Source of the DNA: a bacterium
GTDB taxonomy: Bacteria > Patescibacteriota > Minisyncoccia > Phycocordibacterales > UBA2100
Assembly: GCA_030674455.1 (NCBI GenBank)
Contig: JAUSGQ010000007.1
Location: forward strand, 83,947-147,946
Direction of reading: 5' to 3'
Length of the DNA: 64,000 bases
Shown: in pieces, positions 19,253 through 28,000 of the stretch
Position numbering within the stretch: position 1 is the first letter of the stretch
Layout of the letters: every line of letters begins with the position of its first letter
Notes under the pieces: model-generated
What the model was told of the DNA's origin: nothing
Databases searched by the model: none
What the model saw: the letters and a program-made list of their open reading frames with translations, nothing else
Translations under genes and position numbers: made by a program

Positions 19253-19396
19253 ATGTTGACAGGTGCAGATATTAAGAAATTAAAAGTTGTCTTTACTTCA
19301 AAACCTAACTATATTCCAATCAGAAAACAACTAGCGCGCCACGAGCATTGGATAAAACAGATTGCTAGGAAGGTTGGTGTCGTGCTAGCTGAATGA
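19253..19396 (+). CDS. Small protein, possibly an internally deleted coiled-coil protein
   Basis: MLTGADIKKLKVVF...RHEHWIKQIARKVGVVLAE; TAAAAT shortly upstream. Confidence 0.45.
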   Translation: MLTGADIKKLKVVFTSKPNYIPIRKQLARHEHWIKQIARKVGVVLAE

Positions 19397-19423
19397 ATCC
19401 ATACATCATATAATTTCAATTTG

Positions 19424-19459
19424 TTCTACAGGACAATTCCATGGAATTGTCCTGTAGAA
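19424..19459. repeat. 36-bp perfect palindrome upstream of the ArsR gene
   Basis: TTCTACAGGACAATTCCATGGAATTGTCCTGTAGAA. Confidence 0.95.
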
Positions 19460-19503
19460 TGAGTTATGTCGATAACGATTAACAATTATAAATCGAGGTT
19501 TCT

Positions 19504-19788
19504 ATGAAAATCAACGCAAAAACCAACATGAAACGATGGACGGTGGTATTTCGTACTTTGTCCAATATAAATCGGCTGAAAATCATAGCTATGCTTTCCG
19601 ACGGCCGTAAGATGAATGTCGGTGATATCGCAGAAGACTTGAGGATTTCCTTCAAGGGTACATCGAATCATCTGGCTATGCTCAAAAATCTAGATGTTTT
19701 AGAAGCACAAGGTGCTTCCGGGCACGTGTTCTATTTTATAAATCCCAACATGCCTAAAGATTTCAAGATGGTAGTGGGTGTAATGTAA
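19504..19788 (+). CDS. ArsR/SmtB-family winged-helix regulator
   Basis: FRTLSNINRLKII, NVGDIAEDL and TSNHLAMLK motifs. Confidence 0.9.
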   Translation: MKINAKTNMKRWTVVFRTLSNINRLKIIAMLSDGRKMNVGDIAEDLRISFKGTSNHLAMLKNLDVLEAQGASGHVFYFINPNMPKDFKMVVGVM

Positions 19789-19808
19789 ATCCTAGCCTCG
19801 GTTAGTTG

Positions 19809-19840
19809 TAATGGAACAATTCCATGGAATTGTTCCATTA
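19809..19840. repeat. 32-bp perfect palindrome downstream of the ArsR gene
   Basis: TAATGGAACAATTCCATGGAATTGTTCCATTA; shares an 18-bp core with 19424-19459. Confidence 0.95.
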
Positions 19841-20019
19841 GCTGAAGCAAAAAACTCGGTAGAATATATATCGTTGCAAAAGATATCCATTAAGAAAGAT
19901 TCCTACCTCGGTTCTTGGACGGAATGAGAGATACTTCAAGTTGGGAACTGGATTCATGATTTACTAGAACTTGTGTAATAAGTGGTGCTAGATGCGGTTT
20001 TTCTGTTATTATAAGCCGT

Positions 20020-20955
20020 ATGCAACGGCTTCTAACCGGTGTTCAGCCATCCGGCACAACCCACCTTGGCAACTATTTTGGCGCGCTCCGGCCTTTCGTT
20101 TCCATGTATAAGGAATACGAGAGCATGCTGATGCTCGCCGATTACCACGCACTCACCACGCTCAAAGACCACGCCGAACTGCGCGAAAATGTAATGAATG
20201 CCGTCAGAGATTACATTGCTATCGGAGTGGACCCGAAACAAGCAACAATTTTCCAGCAATCCTCCGTTCCCGCTCACACGGAACTAGCATGGATTCTTGA
20301 GTGCCAAGTTACAGTTCCATTTCTGATGCAAGCGCACGCTTATAAAGACAAAGTTGCCAAAGGACTCGAGGCGAACGCCGGCCTGTTTTGCTATCCGATG
20401 CTCATGGCAGCCGATATTCTTATGTACGATACTGATGTGGTTCCGGTTGGTATTGACCAGAAACAGCACGTGGAATACGCGCGAGAGGCTGCCGCGAAAT
20501 TTAATACCGCGTACGGCGAGACTTTTAAGGAGCCGAAGGAAATGGTTTTGCGCGACTCGGCGACAGTTCCCGGCACTGACGGCAAGAAAATGAGCAAGAG
20601 TTATGGAAACACAATACCGCTTTTTGGCACAAAAGATGAAATTCACAAAGCGGTGATGGCGATCGTTACAGACTCAAAAGGTGAGAGCCCGGAGAATGTG
20701 TACGCGATACACCGCCTTGTAAAAGACGAGTCAGAAATCGCAACTCTATATAAATCTAATAAAGGAAAATACAAAGTTGTTAAAGACGCGCTTGCGGACG
20801 ATATTGATGCAATGGTCGCGCCAATGCGTGAAAAGCGCGAGTCTATAAGCGATGCCGATGTCATAAAAATACTCAAAGACGGTGCAGAAAGGGCGCGCGA
20901 GCAGGCCGAAGCGAAAATGGAAATTGTCCGGCAGAAAGTCGGAGTAACAATATGA
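20020..20955 (+). CDS. trpS: Tryptophanyl-tRNA synthetase
   Basis: TGVQPSG, HLGNY, YPMLMAADIL, VPVGIDQKQH and KMSKS. Confidence 0.98.
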   Translation: MQRLLTGVQPSGTTHLGNYFGALRPFVSMYKEYESMLMLADYHALTTLKDHAELRENVMNAVRDYIAIGVDPKQATIFQQSSVPAHTELAWILECQVTVPFLMQAHAYKDKVAKGLEANAGLFCYPMLMAADILMYDTDVVPVGIDQKQHVEYAREAAAKFNTAYGETFKEPKEMVLRDSATVPGTDGKKMSKSYGNTIPLFGTKDEIHKAVMAIVTDSKGESPENVYAIHRLVKDESEIATLYKSNKGKYKVVKDALADDIDAMVAPMREKRESISDADVIKILKDGAERAREQAEAKMEIVRQKVGVTI

Positions 20956-20957
20956 GG

Positions 20958-21056
20958 TGCCAATCTACAAATGGATTCCAATCTACAAATAACTACGAAT
21001 TAGAAATTCTAACATTTGTAGCCATTCGTAGTATTCGGATGATTCGTAGATTGGTA
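20958..21056. repeat. Family A element, copy 2 (inverted relative to 870-969)
   Basis: Shares ATTCCAATCTACAAATAACTAC and GCCATTCGTAGTATTCG with the reverse complement of copy 1. Confidence 0.8.
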
Positions 21057-21066
21057 CATCAATAAT

Positions 21067-22467
21067 ATGAAAAACCGAGTGATGATAAAGGAACTAAGAA
21101 CTTTCATTGGGACGTCAGTAACCATTTGCGGATGGGTTTCGGTGCGGCGCAATCAGGGCAAGCTCGTATTCTTCGATTTTCGCGATGCAAGCGGGACTGT
21201 CCAGGGAGTCGTTTTACCGGCATCTCCTGCAATGGAAGCGGCAAAGACGATTCGTACGGAATATGTTGTCGCAGTTACCGGAGAAGTCGTGAAGCGCGGC
21301 GAGAAAAATGTTCAGCAAGGAAAGGAAAATGGCGACCTTGAACTGCGCGTAGAAAACATTGTCATTCTTAACTCATCCGAAACTCCTCCATTTGACGTTA
21401 CCGCAGACACTTCTGGGATAAGCGAAGAAGCTCGCCTGGAATACCGTTACATTGACCTGCGGAGCGAGAGAATGCAGAAGAACATACGAATGAGAAGCGA
21501 ATTCGTCCGCCGGGTACGGGAGTTTCTTTTTAGCAAGTCGTTCGCCGAAATTGAGACTCCGCTTCTTACGGAATCCACGCCCGAAGGCTCGCGGGATTTC
21601 GTCGTTCCGTCAAGGTTACACCCCGGCAGTTTTTATGCGCTGCCACAATCGCCTCAGCAGTACAAACAACTTCTTATGGTCGGCGGGTTCGAGAGATACT
21701 TCCAGATAGCGCGCGCCGTTCGCGACGAAGACCTTCGAGCAGACCGCGGATTTGAACATTCGCAGGTTGATATCGAGATGTCTTTTGTGGAACAGAGCGA
21801 CGTCATGGATATTATCGAAGAAATGATGATTGAGACATGCGAAGGTATGGGATTCAAGATAAAGGAAAAACCGTTTCCTCGATTTACATACGCGGAAGCA
21901 ATGGCGAAGTTTGGCTCCGACAAGTTTGACCTTCGCAGCGATGAAGACAAAGCCAACGGGGTACTAGCATATGCATGGGTATACAAATTCCCGTTCTTCG
22001 AAAAAACCGACGAAGGCAAATGGACATTCACGCACAACCCGTTCTCAAAAGCAGCCGATGAACATTCGGAATTGCTTTTACAGAAGAAAGATATTGCTGA
22101 AATCCTGACGCTCCAATACGACCTCGTCTGTAATGGATACGAGACCGGCGGCGGTAGCATTCGCGAACATCGCCCCGAGTATCTCAAGAAAGTATATGAG
22201 GTCATGGGCTTCAACGATGAGGAAATCGAGGAGCGCATCGGGCACATGCTTCGGGCGTTTACCTTTGGCGCTCCTCCGCACGGAGGCATCGCGCTTGGCG
22301 TCGAGAGAATACTGATGACCCTTACAGGCGAGCAGTACTTGCGAGAAGTTCAGGCATTTCCGATGACGCGCAGGGGGCAAACAGCCGTCATGAAGGCGCC
22401 GAAGCCGCTCACATCCGAACAGCTCCGGGAACTTGGCCTAAGTGTCGCCAAGAAAACAAAGGAATAA
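21067..22467 (+). CDS. aspS: Aspartyl-tRNA synthetase (bacterial type lacking the GAD insertion)
   Basis: OB-fold, RYIDLR, ALPQSPQQYKQLLM, RDEDLRADR and GAPPHGGIALG. Confidence 0.95.
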   Translation: MKNRVMIKELRTFIGTSVTICGWVSVRRNQGKLVFFDFRDASGTVQGVVLPASPAMEAAKTIRTEYVVAVTGEVVKRGEKNVQQGKENGDLELRVENIVILNSSETPPFDVTADTSGISEEARLEYRYIDLRSERMQKNIRMRSEFVRRVREFLFSKSFAEIETPLLTESTPEGSRDFVVPSRLHPGSFYALPQSPQQYKQLLMVGGFERYFQIARAVRDEDLRADRGFEHSQVDIEMSFVEQSDVMDIIEEMMIETCEGMGFKIKEKPFPRFTYAEAMAKFGSDKFDLRSDEDKANGVLAYAWVYKFPFFEKTDEGKWTFTHNPFSKAADEHSELLLQKKDIAEILTLQYDLVCNGYETGGGSIREHRPEYLKKVYEVMGFNDEEIEERIGHMLRAFTFGAPPHGGIALGVERILMTLTGEQYLREVQAFPMTRRGQTAVMKAPKPLTSEQLRELGLSVAKKTKE

Positions 22468-22468
22468 A

Positions 22469-22608
22469 CATGCCCGGTAGGACAATTTCGAATTGCCTTG
22501 AATGAATATTCACCAACATATGGCAGGAAAGATTGCTGAAACACTTAAAGGCATATTCGCAGTTGAATATACGGCCGTAATTATTCGAAATTGTACTAAC
22601 CGGGTATG
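22469..22608. mobile_element. MITE-like element with ~25-bp terminal inverted repeats
   Basis: CATGCCCGGTAGGACAATTTCGAAT versus ATTCGAAATTGTACTAACCGGGTATG; the right end includes the scpA ATG. Confidence 0.6.
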
Positions 22609-23346
22609 ACCGCGTTCACCGTTTCAACTGAAAAGTTCAGCGGTCCGCTTGAGGCTCTGTTTAATCTTATCGAGGAGCGGCGAATGTCGGTCTCCGACGT
22701 TTCTCTTGCAGAAGTGACGGATGCATACCTTTCATACGTTGAGAAGCTGCCTGAACTTCCGCTGGCGGAAACGTCTCAATTTATCCTTGTCGCCTCTACG
22801 CTGCTGCTCATCAAATCACGCCAGCTTCTGCCGATGCTTCAGTTGTCCGATGACGAGCGCGAAAGCGTCGAAGAGCTTGAACGGCGGCTGGCGCGCTACG
22901 CAATCATTCGCAAATCGGCTAAGCTGCTTCGCCGCTCCTGGGGTACATCGCCGCTTATACTCCCGAAACGAGCGCCCATGGCAGAACCGATATTTTCTCC
23001 CGGGAAGATTTCTCTCGATGCAATCCTTGAGGCAGTCACGCGAATGATAAGCGTGCTTCCGAATGTCATGAAATCCGCACAGGCACTCGTCGCGCCAGTT
23101 TTAGCGCTCGAAGATGTTATCGTCCGCCTCGAGAAACGATTGGTCGGAGCCGTGCGCGCAAAATTCAGCGAGCTTACAAAGTCGGCAGAGAAGCATGAGG
23201 TAATTGTTTATTTTCTCGCCATGCTGGAACTCGTGCGCTCCGGCTCCATTAGCGCAACGCAAGAGCGCATTTTCAGCGATATCACGCTAGAGACGGAATC
23301 GCTTGTAGCGCCCAAATATGGGGATGGGGCAGGGAGTAGGTTATAG
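22606..23346 (+). CDS. scpA: Segregation/condensation protein A
   Basis: FSGPLEAL, ASTLLLIKSRQLLP and YFLAMLELV. Confidence 0.95.
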   Translation: MTAFTVSTEKFSGPLEALFNLIEERRMSVSDVSLAEVTDAYLSYVEKLPELPLAETSQFILVASTLLLIKSRQLLPMLQLSDDERESVEELERRLARYAIIRKSAKLLRRSWGTSPLILPKRAPMAEPIFSPGKISLDAILEAVTRMISVLPNVMKSAQALVAPVLALEDVIVRLEKRLVGAVRAKFSELTKSAEKHEVIVYFLAMLELVRSGSISATQERIFSDITLETESLVAPKYGDGAGSRL

Positions 23347-23375
23347 GTTTCAGGTTTCAGGTTTCAGGAACAATT

Positions 23376-23954
23376 ATGATCGAAGAATATCAAACTGACA
23401 CAGTAGAAAAAATCGAGCAATTGGCGGCGAGGGCTGAAGCTTTTTTATTTGCAGAGGGCGAGCCCATGGCAATCGGCAGATTAAAGAAGCTCCTATCATG
23501 CACGGATGAAGAACTTGAGGGAGCGCTTCAGTCGCTCTCAAATAGACGGGAAGGGAGCGGTATGACGCTGATACGGACAACAAAAGAAGCGGCCCTTGCA
23601 GTTTCACCTTCATGCGCTCCAGCCATACGCGCCGAAATCGAAAAAGATCTTGAACGGGAAATAGGGGATGCAGGGCTTGAGGTTCTTGCGATACTTTTAT
23701 ATCGAGGGCCTTCAACAAGGTCGCAAATCGATTATATCCGGGGAGTGAATACGAGTACCACTCTGCGCACGCTTTTGGCGCGCGGACTCACAATGCGCAC
23801 TGAAAATCCGAATGACTCGCGCGAGTATCTGTATCATCCGACTGCTGAACTGTTGGCGCATTTGGGAGCATCAGACATTACAAAGCTACCCGATTATGAA
23901 AAGATAATCGAGGAATTGAAAGCTTTTGAAGAATCTAAAGAAAAGACTTTGTGA
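23376..23954 (+). CDS. scpB: SMC-Scp complex subunit ScpB
   Basis: EAFLFAEGEP and LEVLAILLYRGPSTRSQIDYIRGVN. Confidence 0.95.
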   Translation: MIEEYQTDTVEKIEQLAARAEAFLFAEGEPMAIGRLKKLLSCTDEELEGALQSLSNRREGSGMTLIRTTKEAALAVSPSCAPAIRAEIEKDLEREIGDAGLEVLAILLYRGPSTRSQIDYIRGVNTSTTLRTLLARGLTMRTENPNDSREYLYHPTAELLAHLGASDITKLPDYEKIIEELKAFEESKEKTL

Positions 23955-23958
23955 TTAT

Positions 23959-24942
23959 ATGAACATTGATATTTCGAAAATAGTCGGAGAAAAGAGGCAC
24001 GGATTGATTCCCATTGTGGCCATGCTTCTTCTATTCCTCGTTGCGGTCGCCGTAATCATGGAAAGTGAGTACCACCCTCCCATGGAAGGAAAATCGCAAG
24101 TCGCATCCGCATCCGATACGCGCGATGAGTTTGCCGAACTGGACATCAAAGCCGTAGCCGCGATAGTCGTTGACCTTAAAAACGGCAAGGTTCTTTATGA
24201 AAAAAATCAAAACGTCCAGTTGCCGCTCGCGTCGCTCGCAAAAATTGCGCTTGCGCTTGCCGTGGACGATGTTTTGCCGGCCGACACGGTAATAACTATT
24301 TCGCGCGATACCGCTCCTAAGGGAAGCGCAGAACGGCTTGCGAAAGGAGATGCGTGGCGTGTAAAAGATGTTATTGATTTCACGCTCGTTTCTTCTTCAA
24401 ATGAGGGCGCTGAAATTCTTGCAAATGCATCAAACCGCGCGATTCCGGCAAAATATCCGTATGCTCCGGAAGACTTTGCGGCAATATGGCGCATGAACGA
24501 GTTTGCAAAGCAGCTCGGTCTTAAACAAACATTCTTCCTCAATGCGAGCGGTCTCGACATAAGCCCGACTCTTTCGGGGGCGTACGGTTCCGCGCGAGAT
24601 GTTGCGACGCTGTTCGGGTATGCGGCTTCTGAACGCCTGCCTGTATTCGCAAGCACTGCGGAGGATGGAGTCATCCTCACATCAGCAAACGGCCGGAGTA
24701 CCGCGCGAGCATTCAACACCAACGAAGCTTTGGGAGACATACCGGGACTCATGATGGGAAAGACCGGAATTACCGACCTTGCCGGCGGCAACCTTGCAGT
24801 AGTCTTTGACGCTGGCCTGACCCATCCGGTAGTCGCAGTAGTACTGGGCTCCACCCGCGAAGGTCGCTTTTCGGATATACGACAGATTGTGACAGAGGTA
24901 AGAAATGTCCTTTCGGAACAAAACTTAACCTCAGCAAATTAG
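23959..24942 (+). CDS. D-Ala-D-Ala carboxypeptidase (peptidase S11)
   Basis: SxxK (ASLAK), SxN (SSNE) and KTG motifs; N-terminal TM helix. Confidence 0.92.
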   Translation: MNIDISKIVGEKRHGLIPIVAMLLLFLVAVAVIMESEYHPPMEGKSQVASASDTRDEFAELDIKAVAAIVVDLKNGKVLYEKNQNVQLPLASLAKIALALAVDDVLPADTVITISRDTAPKGSAERLAKGDAWRVKDVIDFTLVSSSNEGAEILANASNRAIPAKYPYAPEDFAAIWRMNEFAKQLGLKQTFFLNASGLDISPTLSGAYGSARDVATLFGYAASERLPVFASTAEDGVILTSANGRSTARAFNTNEALGDIPGLMMGKTGITDLAGGNLAVVFDAGLTHPVVAVVLGSTREGRFSDIRQIVTEVRNVLSEQNLTSAN

Positions 24943-25020
24943 GCATCCGGCACTCTGGACAAGGCACGGATGTATGCCACTATTCGATTATTACCATGCC
25001 TAAAAGCGAGCCTCCTTTTC

Positions 25021-28000
25021 ATGCTTAGAAAATTCACCTTCGGAGGCATTGGCTTAGCTCTTCTCATAACTCCTTTATTTGCTAGTGCTGATACGACAAG
25101 CGATGCGACTGAATTATCGCGCTGGGAGGCGGTAGTAACTTGTCTAAAAATCAAAGTTGACAACCATGATTACGTTAATGCACTTTCTTGTTTAGGAGCT
25201 GGAACAGCCGCGAACACATTATTTTCTCCGTCTGTGAGTTCTCTCAAAGCTGGCGCGCTTGCCGCCGTAGCAACGACATTCACACAGTCGTCCGGCTCAA
25301 ACAGCGCCGAGCCGGCAACAGATGCGGAAAAGGAGGCGGAGATGCTTACCGATCTCCTTAGCTCCAAAATTGCGCCGGAACCGGTAACGAGGTCAAAAGT
25401 CGGCGCGTTCGCTTCAGAATCTGAGAAAGTAAAACAGCAGGTACAAGTCGCGAAGCATCGCGGACAGCTTATGAAACAGTTGGCTGAAGATAACCCCGAG
25501 GCCTTTCTTCGCAATGTTATGCCGGAGTCTCAGCGCTCCAAATTCTCAACCGAGGTTAAGAACGAAATTGAGCAAAAAGTGGCACTAACGGGGAAAGTGG
25601 AGGTCGTACACCTTGATGATTTCACAAACCATGAAAACTCAAAGTTTAATTATTTTCTTCAATCGGGAGGTTCCAGAATCTCGCTTAAGGTCGCAGGGAA
25701 CACGCCAGCAATGTTATCCGGCTCTTCAGTGCGCGCGAATGGATATAAACTCGGTCAAACTCTTGTTGTGGCTGCAAATTCAAATTCAGATGGGGATTCA
25801 GGCGGAGGAGGAGGTTTGACGGTACTTTCGCGGCCAGCTCTTGAATCTGCCAGAACGCAAAGAACTCTGGTAATTCTTGTAACTAGTCCTGGGCAGGCAA
25901 GTACGCCGACAAAAGAAGAAATGAGAAACCTTATATTCTCCGGAAATATTAATAGATATTACGAGGAGCAATCATACGGAAACGTACGATTTGAAGGAGA
26001 CGTGACTGATTGGATATCAGTGCCTGCTTCTTCATATCCTGTGTATGGGCCTATCGAACTCGACCAGTCGGATATAAGTAGCTATATTTCACGAAATCAC
26101 ATAGACTTGTCGCTCTATGATCGAGTCATGACCGTTGTAAACGGCTGGGCCGGTGGTTATGCATGGGCCGGCAAGGTGGACAGGTTAATCAACGGTGTAA
26201 CCTATCGCCTTTCCATAGGTTCGACGGGCTGGTCGGTTTCAGGATGGGCAGTAGAGAACATGTCCGGCTTTGAAAATGTATTCTCGCACGAAATGGGGCA
26301 CGAGCTTGGAGTCATGCATGCTAATTCACGGGAATGTAGCGGTCCATCTCTGGATAGAGATTGTCGTCACAATGAATATGGCAATGCCTTCGACATTATG
26401 GGATATGGAAATAATGCGGAGCATTTCAATGCATATTACAAAGATTCTCTAGGATGGCTTGATAATTCCTCGAAGGTTTCCATTACTCAAAGCGGAAGAT
26501 ATTCACTCTCGCCAATCGAGGCGCGGACAGGCGTGCGAGCTGGCATTATCACCAACCCTGCTACTCCTTCCGCGCTACCCTTGTATCTCGAATTTAGGCA
26601 ACCGATGGGATATGACAGTATATTGCCGCCCAACTCGGCAGGCCTGCAGTTAAATCAAGTTGTTACAAGAGGTCCATATGATTGGCTTCCATTTCCATGG
26701 CTCATTAACGCGAATTACGCGACCGATCCTCCATGTAATCCAGGTTTCCCATGTTTTTCACAGCCGTCGCTTATGCAGGGTAGCAATTTCTCATGGGCTG
26801 GTCGTGGCATCAGCATAGGTTCACTCGTTACAACACCAACATTGGCAACTTTTGATGTCGGGCTTACACAGCCATTGTGCGAACGAAACGGTTTATATGA
26901 TAGTAATAACAATCCATACTGGCAACAGCGTGTGGCTGCCGGCTCAAGCGCAACACTGCAAATTAATTTGACGAACGGCAACACTATCGCATGCGGTCCG
27001 AGTACAGTAGAATTTTCGACCTCTGTGACGAATTCGAGCGGATGGTCTATCTCGCAATATCCGAACGAGAGTAACGAAAGAGTTGTTATTGCGCCCGGCG
27101 AGACTGAGCGTGTGTATGTATCCCTTTCTCTGCCAGAAGATGCAGCACCGGGCAATAGAACTGTACGTATCACGGTGTCTGATTTGACCAACGGTCGTTC
27201 ATACAATATTGAGAGGACAATTACGGTCACGGCGAGACCAACGATAACCGAAATCTTTCCTTCAAGCGGAAGAGCGGCGACTGCCGTGACATTAAAAGGT
27301 ACGGGGTTCAATGAGTACCCAGGAAACACTATAAATATCAATGGAGGAAATCTCTCTGCCACTATTAGAAATGTTATTGCTAGAGCCGGAACTCTAACCT
27401 TCACCTTTCCTACAACCTTTGAGAGTTACGGCGGAGGAAGCGAGCCGCGACCTTCACAAGTTCCACCGCCATTGGGTCAGTACTCAATTGCTGTTTCTCG
27501 AAATGATGACGGCGGAACCGCAAGCGCAACGTTCACAGTAACGTCGGGTAATTCAGCTTTTCCCACCATCACATCAATTAATCCTTCGAGTACAACAGGA
27601 AGACCAACAAACTTTACGATTATTGGGACAAACTTCCAGTCTGGGTCAATGATTTACTACACCTATGCTGGCACTGGCAGTATTCCTTCTGGCACTTTTA
27701 CGCCGACGTTCAACCCCTCTAGACCTGATAGATTGACGTTCACTACGGCATCATTGCCTAAAGGAATCTACACTTTTTATGTTAAGAATCCTGACGGTCA
27801 AATTTCAGACACCGAGAATGTGACGGTTTTCTGTTACGACTTCAGAAGTATTCCATTGCAGGAGGGAAGTCAGGGAGCTGATGTTATTGCTCTCAAGCAG
27901 GCATTGCGTCTGGCTTTGAATAATTCATACGGCGAATCCGGTCGAGAGCCTCAGGATTATTATGGCACTGAAACTGTCGCTAACGTTAAGACATTCCAAT

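Noticed and set aside
21067-22467. AspRS as a truncated pseudogene
   Set aside because: All catalytic motifs are present; only the GAD insertion is missing, cleanly and in frame
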